In this document: positions 27,816 to 37,509 of the stretch, piece after piece | Numbering within the stretch: position 1 is the stretch's first letter | How the letters are laid out: the number at the start of each line of letters is the position of its first letter | NCBI GenBank assembly: GCA_944358705.1 | Contig: CALVRR010000001.1 | Location: 40,050 to 104,049 of the forward strand | DNA from: an uncultured Bacilli bacterium | Lineage (GTDB): Bacteria; Bacillota_I; Bacilli_A; RF39; UBA660 | Direction of reading: 5' to 3' | Length of the DNA: 64,000 bases | The notes under the pieces: model-generated | Database searches by the model: none | Seen by the model: the letters and a program-made list of their open reading frames with translations, nothing else | Told to the model about the DNA's origin: nothing | Program-made: the position numbers and the translations under genes

Positions 27816-28757
27816 ATGTTAACATATAACAATTTTAAGAAGAAATTAGAAAATCGATATGTTGTTGTTTCAAAGGGAAATGAAAAAGTTTATTTTGATG
27901 AAGAGGATAGGATTGCTGCTTATGAAAAGGATAATGCGATTACTACTTGGCATCAATGTCATCAAGATGATCTTTGGAATCATTATGATTGTGTTGCAGT
28001 TACTATTGTGAAGGGTATGGATTTACCATCCAAAAAGAGTTATAAAGGGTATGCTAGATATGATGCTTTATATGTTGTAGGTCTTTGTGGTGCTTATAAT
28101 TATGTAGAACGATTTGGTACTTATGCGGTAAGTTCTGGTTGTAGTTCTTTTATAGAATTAGATCCTGATTTTGTTCCTGCTAGAAAATCATCTTCTAAGA
28201 AGAAACAATCATCTAATATGCTAAAGATGTCATCAAAAACTTATCCTACTTGTGATGGAAAAGAGATTTCTGTTGTTTATCAGCAAGATTTTGATAGATT
28301 GCCTTACGATCAAAAAATTTCTTTTTTACAGGATTCTACAGGTGCTTGTTTTGATGGAGCTATCATTGATCATATTAAAGTTTTGCCTTCTAATCCTGGA
28401 TTACTAAGTATAGAAGAGGGTATTGATGGGGAAAAGACAAACTCCTTGCAATTTTTGCATGGAATTGTTCCGCTTGGAAAGGTCTTTCGTAATGGAGATA
28501 TCTTTCATATCCAAAATGATTTTTTTCAGATGAATATTCCTAATTTACGTGATTATTTTGATGATACACCTATTGTGGAGCCAATCCTTCCTGTTGCTAA
28601 ATTGAAAAAGTATGGGAATGTTTCGCCACCGGATATTGAAATCCCAATAGATCGTTGGGGATATACAGATAAAGTTTATAATTCTATGGTTGATAGTGTT
28701 TGTCCTGGACAAAAGGCTACTATATATCAAAAAAGTCACTCTTTTAGAAGACGATAA
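27816..28757 (+). CDS. Hypothetical protein
   Basis: 313-aa open frame with RBS AAGTGGGA. No family recognised. Confidence 0.5.
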   Translation: MLTYNNFKKKLENRYVVVSKGNEKVYFDEEDRIAAYEKDNAITTWHQCHQDDLWNHYDCVAVTIVKGMDLPSKKSYKGYARYDALYVVGLCGAYNYVERFGTYAVSSGCSSFIELDPDFVPARKSSSKKKQSSNMLKMSSKTYPTCDGKEISVVYQQDFDRLPYDQKISFLQDSTGACFDGAIIDHIKVLPSNPGLLSIEEGIDGEKTNSLQFLHGIVPLGKVFRNGDIFHIQNDFFQMNIPNLRDYFDDTPIVEPILPVAKLKKYGNVSPPDIEIPIDRWGYTDKVYNSMVDSVCPGQKATIYQKSHSFRRR

Positions 28758-28793
28758 TCCATTGAAAAAGAACTACTAATTGATTTAGTAGTT

Positions 28794-29150
28794 TTATTTT
28801 TTATTAATTCCTATCATCCCACCTAAGATAGCGGTAATCATAATAATACTATCATATAAAAGTAGTTTTATTTTTAAGTCTTGTCCTGTTATTAAGGTTA
28901 TGATAAAAAATAATACTATAATAAATACGCCTAGTTTTATTCCTTCTAAATATCCTTTGCTGGTTGCTTTTTTACCAAGAATGATACCACTTATTAAAAC
29001 ATTTCCTAATAAGATTATTAGTTTTAATACTTGATAAATATTACTAGAAATTATATTAAAGTGATATAGGGTTGTTAAAATTAGATAACAAAGTAAAAAT
29101 GCAATTAATGTATATAGAAAGTGTAATCCATATTTTTTTATTTTTGTCAT
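28794..29150 (-). CDS. Small integral membrane protein (4 TM segments)
   Basis: ATG at 29150 follows GTGAGGTG. Hydrophobic throughout and ends with GGMIGINKK. Confidence 0.5.
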   Translation of the reverse strand: MTKIKKYGLHFLYTLIAFLLCYLILTTLYHFNIISSNIYQVLKLIILLGNVLISGIILGKKATSKGYLEGIKLGVFIIVLFFIITLITGQDLKIKLLLYDSIIMITAILGGMIGINKK

Positions 29151-29222
29151 AAAACACCTCACTTAATGTTATGTTTTTGTATAAAAAATATGAAATGATT
29201 TAAACTAATATTAGGTGATATC

Positions 29223-29867
29223 ATGAGTTATTTTACAGTTTTATGGAAAACTTTGTTTTTTTATCTTTTGATTACGGTAATTTATCGTATTATGGGTAAA
29301 AGAGAAGTAGGGGAACTTTCTATTATGGATTTGATTGTTTCTATCTTTATTGCGGAACTTGCGGCGATATCGATTGATAATTATAAACAGAATATCTTTT
29401 TATCTGTTGTTCCTATTCTTGCTTTGGTTATTGTTCAATTAGTGGTTTCTCGTATTTCTTTAAAAAGTAGTAAGGTTCGTAGTATTTTAGATGGGGATCC
29501 TTCTATGATTATTGAACGTGGTAAAGTTAATTTTAAAGAAATGTTAAAGCAAAGATATAATTTGGATGATTTATTAGTACAACTTCGTAATCGAGGAATT
29601 AAATCTTTAGAAGAAGTGGATTATGCTATTTTGGAAACTAGTGGAAAGTTATCTGTTTTTCGAAAAGCAGAAGATAAGAATCGTGTTTATCCATTACCAG
29701 TTATTATTGATGGGAAAGTACAAAAAGATGTATTGTTTCAGATTGGAAAAGATATGCCATGGTTAATGGAGGCGTTATCTAGAGAAAATTATCAATTAGA
29801 AGATGTATTTTATGGTTTTTATCAGAAAAAGAAGTTATTCTTAATTCGTAAAGAGGCAATAAAATGA
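29223..29867 (+). CDS. DUF421 (YetF-like) membrane protein
   Basis: LLITVIYRIMGKREVGELSIMDLIVSIFIAELAA and the C-terminal YetF-type soluble domain pattern. Confidence 0.7.
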   Translation: MSYFTVLWKTLFFYLLITVIYRIMGKREVGELSIMDLIVSIFIAELAAISIDNYKQNIFLSVVPILALVIVQLVVSRISLKSSKVRSILDGDPSMIIERGKVNFKEMLKQRYNLDDLLVQLRNRGIKSLEEVDYAILETSGKLSVFRKAEDKNRVYPLPVIIDGKVQKDVLFQIGKDMPWLMEALSRENYQLEDVFYGFYQKKKLFLIRKEAIK

Positions 29868-29911
29868 CAATTTGCTTCTTTTTTTTGTGCTATTTTGTTG
29901 TTGGTGATGTT

Positions 29912-31078
29912 ATGAAAAAAAAGTATTGGATTATGCTTGGAGTTTTCTTTTTCCTTTTTCTTTTTTTCTTTTCTGAAGAAAAAAGTATGGTATTGCCAGA
30001 AAAGAAACAAGAAAAGAGGGGAGTTTTTGTTAGTTATATTGAACTTTCAAGTTATTTAAAGGGAAAAAGTAAAAAGGAAGCTAACCAAGAAATAAAGAAG
30101 ATGGTATCTAATATTGATGAGTTGGGCTTTAATATGATTTTGTTACAGGTTCGTACTTTTAGTGATGCTATTTATGATTCTTCTATTTTTCCTTGGAGTT
30201 CTACTATTAGTGAGAGGGAAGGAGTTTCTCCTGGGTATGATGTTTTAAAAATTTTTTTGAATTATGCCCATCAAAATCAAATAGAACTATATGCTTGGAT
30301 TAATCCTTATCGTATTCGGGGAGATGAAGATACTAGTGATATTTCGAAAGATAATCCATCTTTTTCTTATCTTGGAAGTGATGTTGTTGATATTAATCAA
30401 GGAGTTTTTTATAATCCTGCTAAGGAAGAAGTAAAAGATCTTATTGTAGATGGTGTTTTGGAGTTGGTACAAAATTATGAGGTGGATGGGGTGTTGTTTG
30501 ATGATTATTTTTATCCAAATTTAGAAATTGATATGGAGGATTATCAAAAGTATCAACAGAAACATCCGGAGGTTAGTTTAGAAGAGTTTCGAAGGAATCA
30601 TGTAAGTGACTTAGTTCAAAGAGTTTATCAGGTTTGTCATGAAAATGATACTTTGTTTGCGGTTTCTCCTGATGGAAATATTGAAAATAACTATCAAAAA
30701 CATTTTGCCGATGTAAAAAAGTGGGGAAGTAGTACTGGATATGTCGATTATTTGATGCCACAGATTTATTATGGTTTTTATAATGAAACACAAGCTTTTG
30801 TTTCGGTATTAGAAGAGTGGGAAAAGTTAGCTTCTAAGGTAGAATTACTTCCAGTACTTGCTTTTTATAAAGTAGGAGCGGTTGATAACTTTGCGAGAAG
30901 TGGGAAGGAAGAATGGATATTAAATGATGATATTATTATGAGAGAAATACTTCTTACAAGAAACTTAAAACAATATGAAGGATTTTCTTTATTTCGTTAT
31001 GATTATTTATTTAATAAAGACTTGGAAACAGCAACCACTATGAATGAAGTAAAAAATATGAAAAAAATTTTAAAATAA
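29912..31078 (+). CDS. Glycoside hydrolase-like 10 (GHL10/DUF187, YngK-like) family protein
   Basis: Signal/TM N-terminus, then RGVFVSYIE, GFNMILLQVRTFSDAIYDSSIFPWS, LYAWINPYRI and VDGVLFDDYFYP. Confidence 0.7.
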   Translation: MKKKYWIMLGVFFFLFLFFFSEEKSMVLPEKKQEKRGVFVSYIELSSYLKGKSKKEANQEIKKMVSNIDELGFNMILLQVRTFSDAIYDSSIFPWSSTISEREGVSPGYDVLKIFLNYAHQNQIELYAWINPYRIRGDEDTSDISKDNPSFSYLGSDVVDINQGVFYNPAKEEVKDLIVDGVLELVQNYEVDGVLFDDYFYPNLEIDMEDYQKYQQKHPEVSLEEFRRNHVSDLVQRVYQVCHENDTLFAVSPDGNIENNYQKHFADVKKWGSSTGYVDYLMPQIYYGFYNETQAFVSVLEEWEKLASKVELLPVLAFYKVGAVDNFARSGKEEWILNDDIIMREILLTRNLKQYEGFSLFRYDYLFNKDLETATTMNEVKNMKKILK

Positions 31079-31089
31079 TTTTTTCTTTG

Positions 31090-31098
31090 TGTTATAAT
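31090..31098 (+). promoter_or_regulatory. Extended -10 element TGTTATAAT upstream of pilin gene 1
   Basis: TGtTATAAT at 31090-31098. Confidence 0.45.
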
Positions 31099-31117
31099 GA
31101 TGATAAGGTGATGATAA

Positions 31118-31669
31118 ATGAAGTTAAATAAAAATGGTTTTACTTTAGTAGAACTACTTGCTGCTATGGTAATTTTGGCGGCAATTATGGTAATTGCAGT
31201 TCCTAATGTTATGGGAATACTAAATAATAGTAGGGCGAATGCTTATGTGGAGGATGCTAAAAAATTAATTTCTTTAGCTGAGTATAAGTTTCGAAGTGAT
31301 AATACTTCTGTTAAAAGACCAGATAAGGGTGGACATTGTATTGTTATGACTTTAGGTTATCTAGATAATTCTGAACTTGAAAATGCTCCTAACAACGGGG
31401 CATATGATAAAGAGAAATCTTTTGTCATTATAAAAAATGCTGGTGTTTCTGGTGGAAAGAATGAATATGTGTATTATGTTCAAATTGTTGAAAACTTAGA
31501 AAAAGGTGGAGGTACTCGTGGAATTCCTATTAAAAGTTATGGAGATTTGTATGGGGAAGAAGCTAAAAATTTAGTTAAAAATAGTATTTCTACTAGTCCA
31601 AATAACGTTAGTGGTATGGCTACTTATTGTCCTGGAGGAAGGGATGGATACTATAATATTTCGTCTTAA
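31118..31669 (+). CDS. Prepilin-type N-terminal cleavage/methylation domain protein (type IV pilin or pseudopilin)
   Basis: MKLNKNG|FTLVELLAAMVILAAIMVIAVP: class III signal peptide with Gly-1, Phe+1 and Glu+5. Confidence 0.75.
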   Translation: MKLNKNGFTLVELLAAMVILAAIMVIAVPNVMGILNNSRANAYVEDAKKLISLAEYKFRSDNTSVKRPDKGGHCIVMTLGYLDNSELENAPNNGAYDKEKSFVIIKNAGVSGGKNEYVYYVQIVENLEKGGGTRGIPIKSYGDLYGEEAKNLVKNSISTSPNNVSGMATYCPGGRDGYYNISS

Positions 31670-31785
31670 TTTTTTAGTTGTCAGATAGGTTGTCAAGCTT
31701 GTGTAAAAATATTTTTTTCAGTATTGCTTTTTAAAAATTTTCATAGTATGATTGATTTGTAAAATAGAAAGAGAGGAAGAATAAA

Positions 31786-32358
31786 ATGAAAAAATTAAAC
31801 AAAAATGGGTTTACCCTAATTGAGTTGTTAGCGGTTATCGTTATCATGGGTATCTTAATGATGGTAGCTATTCCAGCAATGACTCGTTATATTGAGAACT
31901 CAAGAAAGGATACATTTATTTCTACTTCAAAAGAATATGTTAATGCAGTAAGAAATATGTGGGCATCTGACAGTTTATTATGTAAAGATAGTGATGTTGG
32001 TGGTGCAGAAGGTGTTGTTAGTGGGGCTGTAGGTAATGGAGATTACTATATCGAAGTTGATTCTAAAACAAACAAAAATAATATCATCGATCAAGGTGGT
32101 AAGTCATCTTGGGGTAGCCGTGATATTAAGGGATATGTTCACGTATCAGTTGAAACTAAAACAAATGCTGCAGGGACTCCAATTCCTGGACAAACAAAGA
32201 CTACATTTAGTGCATTTTTAACTGATGGAGAACATGGTATGAGTGCTGATACTAACGTTGATAGTATTGTACGTGGTACTATTGAAACTAGTGGAGCTTC
32301 TTATCCAACATTGCCTGCAAAAGTTGCTGGATCAGTATATCACTGTGTAGAACAATAA
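31786..32358 (+). CDS. Prepilin-type N-terminal cleavage/methylation domain protein (type IV pilin-like, possibly the major subunit)
   Basis: MKKLNKNG|FTLIELLAVIVIMGILMMVAIPA. Strong RBS AGAGAGGAAG, its own strong terminator, and a C-terminal Cys pair (C at LLCKD and C at YHCVEQ). Confidence 0.8.
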   Translation: MKKLNKNGFTLIELLAVIVIMGILMMVAIPAMTRYIENSRKDTFISTSKEYVNAVRNMWASDSLLCKDSDVGGAEGVVSGAVGNGDYYIEVDSKTNKNNIIDQGGKSSWGSRDIKGYVHVSVETKTNAAGTPIPGQTKTTFSAFLTDGEHGMSADTNVDSIVRGTIETSGASYPTLPAKVAGSVYHCVEQ

Positions 32359-32364
32359 TTATAT

Positions 32365-32391
32365 AAGACTTCGAAAGAAGTCTTTTTCTTT
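32365..32391 (+). terminator. Rho-independent terminator after pilin gene 2
   Basis: Stem AAGACTTC / GAAGTCTT with loop GAAA and a T-rich tail. Confidence 0.8.
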
Positions 32392-32427
32392 GCTTTTATT
32401 TTTGATATACTGGATAGGGAGGTATAT

Positions 32428-33312
32428 ATGTTATTACTAGGTAGTCATGTTGGATTTAAAAAAGATAGTCAGCTTCTTGGAAGTTTAGAAGAAGCTTTCA
32501 GTTATGGAGCGAATACCTTTATGTTTTATACTGGGGCTCCTCAGAATACGAATCGTTATCCTATTATGGATGGGTTTACGTTAGAAGCAATGAATTTAAT
32601 GAAAGAGAAGGGACTGGATTATTCGAAAGTGGTTGTTCATGCTCCTTATATTGTAAATCTTGCGAATGATAAGGATCCGGATAAATTTATGTTTTCGGTT
32701 CGTTTTCTACAAGAGGAATTGGAACGATGTGAACTGTTAGGAATTCGTTATTTGGTTCTTCATCCAGGTAGTCATGTTGGTCTTGGTGTAGATACGGCTA
32801 TTTCTAATATTGCGAAAGGACTTAATATGATTTTAGGTACACATCCGGTTACTATTTTACTTGAAACGATGGCTGGTAAAGGAACAGAAGTTGGTTCTTC
32901 TTTGGAGGAGATTAAGCGTATTATTGATCTTGTCGATGATAAAGAACATATTGGCGTTTGCCTTGATACTTGTCATTTGAATGATGCTGGTTATGATATG
33001 AGTAAGTTTGATTCTTTCTTAGAACAGTTTGATTCTTTGATTGGTATTTCAAAGATTGGTTGTGTTCATGTGAATGACAGTAAGAATGATTTAGGAGCTC
33101 ATAAGGATCGTCATGAGAACTTTGGTTTTGGAACGATAGGATTTGATAACTTAATTTCCATTATTTATAACGAAAGACTAGAGAATGTTCCTAAAATATT
33201 AGAAACTCCTTATGTTGATAGAGAATTTGCTCCTTATAAATATGAAATTGAAATGATTAAGAATAAAAAGTTTGATTCTCAGTTAATAGAAAAAATAAGA
33301 AATCAGGTTTAA
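32428..33312 (+). CDS. nfo: Endonuclease IV
   Basis: LGSHVG, HAPYIVNLAN, LVLHPGSH, LLETMAGKGTEVG, CLDTCHLNDAGYD, VHVNDSKN, DRHENFGFGTIGF. Confidence 0.92.
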   Translation: MLLLGSHVGFKKDSQLLGSLEEAFSYGANTFMFYTGAPQNTNRYPIMDGFTLEAMNLMKEKGLDYSKVVVHAPYIVNLANDKDPDKFMFSVRFLQEELERCELLGIRYLVLHPGSHVGLGVDTAISNIAKGLNMILGTHPVTILLETMAGKGTEVGSSLEEIKRIIDLVDDKEHIGVCLDTCHLNDAGYDMSKFDSFLEQFDSLIGISKIGCVHVNDSKNDLGAHKDRHENFGFGTIGFDNLISIIYNERLENVPKILETPYVDREFAPYKYEIEMIKNKKFDSQLIEKIRNQV

Positions 33313-33359
33313 GTATTATTTTTAGTCTTTAAAATAAAAAATAGGAGTGGATATTTTAT

Positions 33360-33986
33360 ATGTTTCATATATTTGTACGGTCAAGTTTAATGAAAGCTAT
33401 GGTTCCCAGAGGTGTTAAAAAGGGAATTAAAAATATTAAAACAGATAATTCTGATAAGAAGACGGGGATGGAGTTATTAGCGAAGCAACTCAAAGCCGAT
33501 TATCTTGCTATAAAGATTATAGGAATCCCCCTTATGCTTATTGGATGCTTTTTTCTGTTTATTTTTATCATGTATTTCTATTATGGTGGAAGTTTTGATT
33601 ATCGAATTATTATCTTAGTATTTGTTTTTTCTTTTCTGACTTTGTTTGGTTTGTCATTTATTTATATTGGAATTAGAAACTCTAAAATTGAACGTAATTT
33701 TGTAATAAAAAAACATCCAGAAATTATTGATTTGGTAAAAGATTTATATACTAATACTATTTTTGAAAATCATGATGTTATTGTGTCTAATGAAGCAATT
33801 GCTCCTAAGTTACATCTTATTGGCGCTATTCGTAGGATGGATGTCTATCAGATTGATATTGGTGAGATGTCAGCGGCTTTGAAAACAAAGAATAGAAAAG
33901 TTTATATTATTTATTCTAATTCAAAAACGGAATGTAAGAAGTTTTTAAAAGAGTATTGTCCTAATGCTAAAATTAGAATTCTATAA
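33360..33986 (+). CDS. Hypothetical membrane protein (2-3 TM segments)
   Basis: Open frame with RBS TAGGAGTGG. No family recognised. Confidence 0.5.
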   Translation: MFHIFVRSSLMKAMVPRGVKKGIKNIKTDNSDKKTGMELLAKQLKADYLAIKIIGIPLMLIGCFFLFIFIMYFYYGGSFDYRIIILVFVFSFLTLFGLSFIYIGIRNSKIERNFVIKKHPEIIDLVKDLYTNTIFENHDVIVSNEAIAPKLHLIGAIRRMDVYQIDIGEMSAALKTKNRKVYIIYSNSKTECKKFLKEYCPNAKIRIL

Positions 33987-33992
33987 AATTAT

Positions 33993-34027
33993 AAAAAAGA
34001 AACAAGCTTTTTTGCTTGTTTTTTTAT
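33993..34027. terminator. Bidirectional terminator between convergent genes
   Basis: Stem AAACAAGC / GCTTGTTT with loop TTTTTT, flanked by an A-run and a T-run. Confidence 0.75.
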
Positions 34028-34983
34028 TTTTTATAATTTTCTCTTAATATTTCTACCCCTTCTGGAGTTAGTAATTCTTTGGCATCTTGTACTAGTTTTT
34101 CTTTTTTTTCTGTATATTCTTTTGAAGGTGTTATTTTTATTGTTTTTTTTAATTTGTTTTGATAGGAAGTTATTTCTTCTTCTGGAACTATTCCTTGTAG
34201 TACGTATGGTAGATTATTGATTGCGTATTCATTGGCTTTTCTTTCTAATAATAATGAGTCGTGATGTTTATCATATTCTTCTTTGTTTGTAGCAATTAAA
34301 ATGTCATTAAATAACTCTTCTTGTTCTATATTTTCTGCTCTTTTTAGATATTCAAATTCTCGTATATGAAAACTTTCATGTAATAGTCCAAATGTTATTG
34401 CCATTAATAGTTCATGGAATTGCTTTTCATTTACTTTCTTTTTGTCTTCAAAAATTGATTCGTTTATTTTAATTATATTCTCATTATCTGGTGTTTTTTC
34501 TGCTTCCATTATTGCATTTGCATTTGTATATGTAAATTTTAATTTTGTATTATTTCCTTGGTTTTCGTTTAAATAGTTAAATACATGTTGTGTATATAAT
34601 AATAAATCAGTAGTAGAGAAGGTTTCTTGTGATGAGATATAGTTATTAATAAGTATTGCTAATGCATCCTTATCTACTGTTTTATTACCATAAAGAATAG
34701 TGTTTGCTAGTAGTATTTTTAAGACTTTTTGTTCTTCTTGTGTTAAAGGTTTTTCTTTACATTTTTTATTTAAATTAGCTGCGAATGCATTTGCTTTTTT
34801 TAATACTTCTTTTTCTTCTTCTGTTAAATATTGTTCATTGTTATTTAATGTAGTTATAACTAACAATTTGTTTTCTAGTTCTTCTTCGTCTAATTCCAAT
34901 ATTTTATTTGACTCTATTAGATTACCGAATTTTTTTATTGTATTTTTTGCTCTTATTGCAAATAGCATGAAATCTTCTGCCAT
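34024..34983 (-). CDS. Hypothetical protein with an HExxH motif (possible zinc metallopeptidase-like fold)
   Basis: 319 aa with RBS AAGGAGAAAAG. ITFGLLHESFHIREFEY contains HESFH. No signal peptide; highly charged and helical. Confidence 0.45.
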   Translation of the reverse strand: MAEDFMLFAIRAKNTIKKFGNLIESNKILELDEEELENKLLVITTLNNNEQYLTEEEKEVLKKANAFAANLNKKCKEKPLTQEEQKVLKILLANTILYGNKTVDKDALAILINNYISSQETFSTTDLLLYTQHVFNYLNENQGNNTKLKFTYTNANAIMEAEKTPDNENIIKINESIFEDKKKVNEKQFHELLMAITFGLLHESFHIREFEYLKRAENIEQEELFNDILIATNKEEYDKHHDSLLLERKANEYAINNLPYVLQGIVPEEEITSYQNKLKKTIKITPSKEYTEKKEKLVQDAKELLTPEGVEILRENYKK

Positions 34984-35037
34984 ACTCTTTTCTCCTTTTT
35001 TTTATTATAGTATTCTTGTTTTATTCGTGCAATCTTT

Positions 35038-35289
35038 TTATAAATATTTTGCTTTGTTTTGTTCGTATAGTTTTAATAATTGTTGATATAAGTTAGGATT
35101 TATTTTTTGTTTTAATTCTTTAAAACTTGTTTCATTTCCCTCCAAAATTTCGCTATAATTTTTCATAATAAATTGATATAATGTATTTGCATCTGAATCT
35201 GATAGAGAAATATTTATTTTTTTGGCATAGTCTATTATATTTTCTTTCGTTAGATTTGGAATCCATTTTTTTATTAATTCTTTATACAT
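35038..35289 (-). CDS. Small hypothetical protein (83 aa), possibly DUF2624/YqfT-like
   Basis: RBS GAGGTGA. Same orientation as the HExxH gene and 54 nt upstream of it. The family suggestion rests only on remembered size and pattern. Confidence 0.45.
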   Translation of the reverse strand: MYKELIKKWIPNLTKENIIDYAKKINISLSDSDANTLYQFIMKNYSEILEGNETSFKELKQKINPNLYQQLLKLYEQNKAKYL

Positions 35290-35369
35290 AATTCACCTCA
35301 TTAAAAATATATGAAATAAGTTCATAAAAATGTGGTAGAATATATAGTAATGGAAAAGAGGGATGACTT

Positions 35370-37433
35370 TTGAAGAGACTAAATTTAAATAAAAAAGAGA
35401 AAATAGTTAATTATAATCAAATTATATCGAAAAGATTTCTTGTTTTTTTAGTTGTTCTTCTTATTTTATTTGGGGTTGTTGGTATTAAATTGTATTCTGT
35501 TATGATTGTTAAAAATTCGGATTATAAGAAGCAGTTAAAAGAACTTTCTTATACGAAAGTAGAGGGGACTAGTACTCCAAGGGGAAGAATTTATGATAGA
35601 AATTATAAAATTATTGTTGATAATAAGGCAATTAAAAGTATTACTTATGAAAAAGAAAAGAATGTTAGTACTAGTGATATGATTGAACTTGCTTATGAAG
35701 TGTCTCCACATTTGGAACTTTCTTATACGAAATTAACGGATCGAGCAAAAAGAGAGTTTTACTTGGCTAAATATCCAGAGTTATGTAATAAAAAAGTAAC
35801 CAAAAAGGAAAAAGAAAAAGTAACTACGGGTGAGATTAGTACTACGGATTTGGAAGAGTTAAAAATTGAGCGTATTACGGAAGAAGAGTTAAATAAGTTT
35901 ATGGAGAAAGATTTAAAGGCGGCTTATTTATATTATCTTATGAATCGTGGATATACTTATGATGAGAAGATTATTAAAGAAGAGGCAACGGATCAAGAAT
36001 ATGCATATATTGCGGAACATAATAGTGAACTTGCTGGTTTTAATACCAAGTTAGACTGGGAGAGAGTGTATCCTTATGGAGATACTTTTAAGAGTATTTT
36101 AGGAACGGTTTCTACGACTACGCAGGGATTGCCAGCGGAAGAGAAGAGTGAGTATTTAAAGAAGGGGTATGCTTTAAATGACCGGGTTGGTCTTAGTTAT
36201 ATTGAAAAAGAATATGAAGAGTATTTGCATGGAGAAAAAGCAGAGTATCAGGTTGTGAATTCCCATGAGTTGAAACTTGTAAAAGAGGGAAAACGGGGAA
36301 ATGATATTGTTTTATCTATTGATATTGAACTACAACAAGAGGTTGAGAGAATATTGACAGAACAAGTGTTGAAAGCAAAGAAAGAACCTAATACTGAATA
36401 TTACGATCATTCTAGTGTTGTGATTCAAGATCCTGATACTGGAGAGATATTAGCTATGGCTTCTAAACAGATTGTTGGAGATAAAGTGGTGGATAATACG
36501 ATTAGTATTTTTACTCTTCCTATTACTCCAGGATCTGTTGTTAAAGGGGCTTCTATGCTTGTTGGTTATAATACTGGAGCGGTAAAAATAGGAGAATACA
36601 TGGTTGATGAGTGTGTTAAGATTGCTGGAGCACCTGAGAAATGTTCTTCGGTTAATAATCTTGGAACGATTAATGATATTACTGCTTTAGCTAAGAGTAG
36701 TAATGTTTATCAGTTTAAAGCCGCTATTCGGGTTAATGGACAAGAATATTCTCGTGGTATGAAGCTTAATTTTAATCAAAAGGCCTTTGATACTTATCGT
36801 GATATGTATCATTCTTTTGGATTGGGTGTTGAAACTGGTATTGATTTGCCTGGAGAAGATGATGGTTATGGTGCTAAACAAGATACTAGCTCTGGTAATT
36901 TGTTAGATTTTGTTATGGGACAATATGAATCTTATACACCACTTCAACTTTCGCAATATGTTACTACGATAGCTAATAATGGTAGTAGGCTTACTCCGCA
37001 TTTATTGAAAGAAGTTCATGCTTCTACGGATGATTCTTCGTTAGGAAAGACAATTTTAACCGTAGAACGCCAGGTTTTAAATACGATTGATACGAAACCG
37101 GAGTATATGGCACGTGTTAAAGAAGGTTTTTATGCAGTTATGCATTCTAATGGCGGATATGGTCGTGGTTATATTGACGATAAATGGGATGCTGCTGGTA
37201 AAACGGGAACTTCTCAGAGTTTTGTTGATAATGATAACAATGGAATTATTGATACGGAAACAATTACTTCTTCTTTTGTGGGGTATGCTCCTGCGAATGA
37301 TCCAGTGATGAGTATCGTGGTTACTTCTCCAAATTCTTCGCATCCTAATTCTAGTATTGATTATGCAAGTTTAGTGACTTTGCATATTACTAAGGAAGTT
37401 ACGAATAAATTTTTTGAGTTGTATTATTCTTAA
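35370..37433 (+). CDS. Class B penicillin-binding protein (PBP2/PBP2B/SpoVD-type transpeptidase)
   Basis: TTG start after GAGGGA, N-terminal TM segment, PBP dimerisation region, SxxK (PGSVVKG), SxN (KSSNVY), KTG (GKTGTS). Confidence 0.9.
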   Translation: MKRLNLNKKEKIVNYNQIISKRFLVFLVVLLILFGVVGIKLYSVMIVKNSDYKKQLKELSYTKVEGTSTPRGRIYDRNYKIIVDNKAIKSITYEKEKNVSTSDMIELAYEVSPHLELSYTKLTDRAKREFYLAKYPELCNKKVTKKEKEKVTTGEISTTDLEELKIERITEEELNKFMEKDLKAAYLYYLMNRGYTYDEKIIKEEATDQEYAYIAEHNSELAGFNTKLDWERVYPYGDTFKSILGTVSTTTQGLPAEEKSEYLKKGYALNDRVGLSYIEKEYEEYLHGEKAEYQVVNSHELKLVKEGKRGNDIVLSIDIELQQEVERILTEQVLKAKKEPNTEYYDHSSVVIQDPDTGEILAMASKQIVGDKVVDNTISIFTLPITPGSVVKGASMLVGYNTGAVKIGEYMVDECVKIAGAPEKCSSVNNLGTINDITALAKSSNVYQFKAAIRVNGQEYSRGMKLNFNQKAFDTYRDMYHSFGLGVETGIDLPGEDDGYGAKQDTSSGNLLDFVMGQYESYTPLQLSQYVTTIANNGSRLTPHLLKEVHASTDDSSLGKTILTVERQVLNTIDTKPEYMARVKEGFYAVMHSNGGYGRGYIDDKWDAAGKTGTSQSFVDNDNNGIIDTETITSSFVGYAPANDPVMSIVVTSPNSSHPNSSIDYASLVTLHITKEVTNKFFELYYS

Positions 37434-37509
37434 AGCAAGATATGTATTATTTTGCTTTTTTTTAGTTTTTCTGTTATAATATACGTACTTTTCGAAAGGG
37501 GATTTTGTT

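Noticed and set aside
34700-35086. 128-aa + strand ORF opposite the HExxH gene.
   Set aside because: It lies antisense to two RBS-supported minus-strand genes. Its translation is low complexity (a poly-Ser run, Phe/Leu-rich) and it has no RBS.
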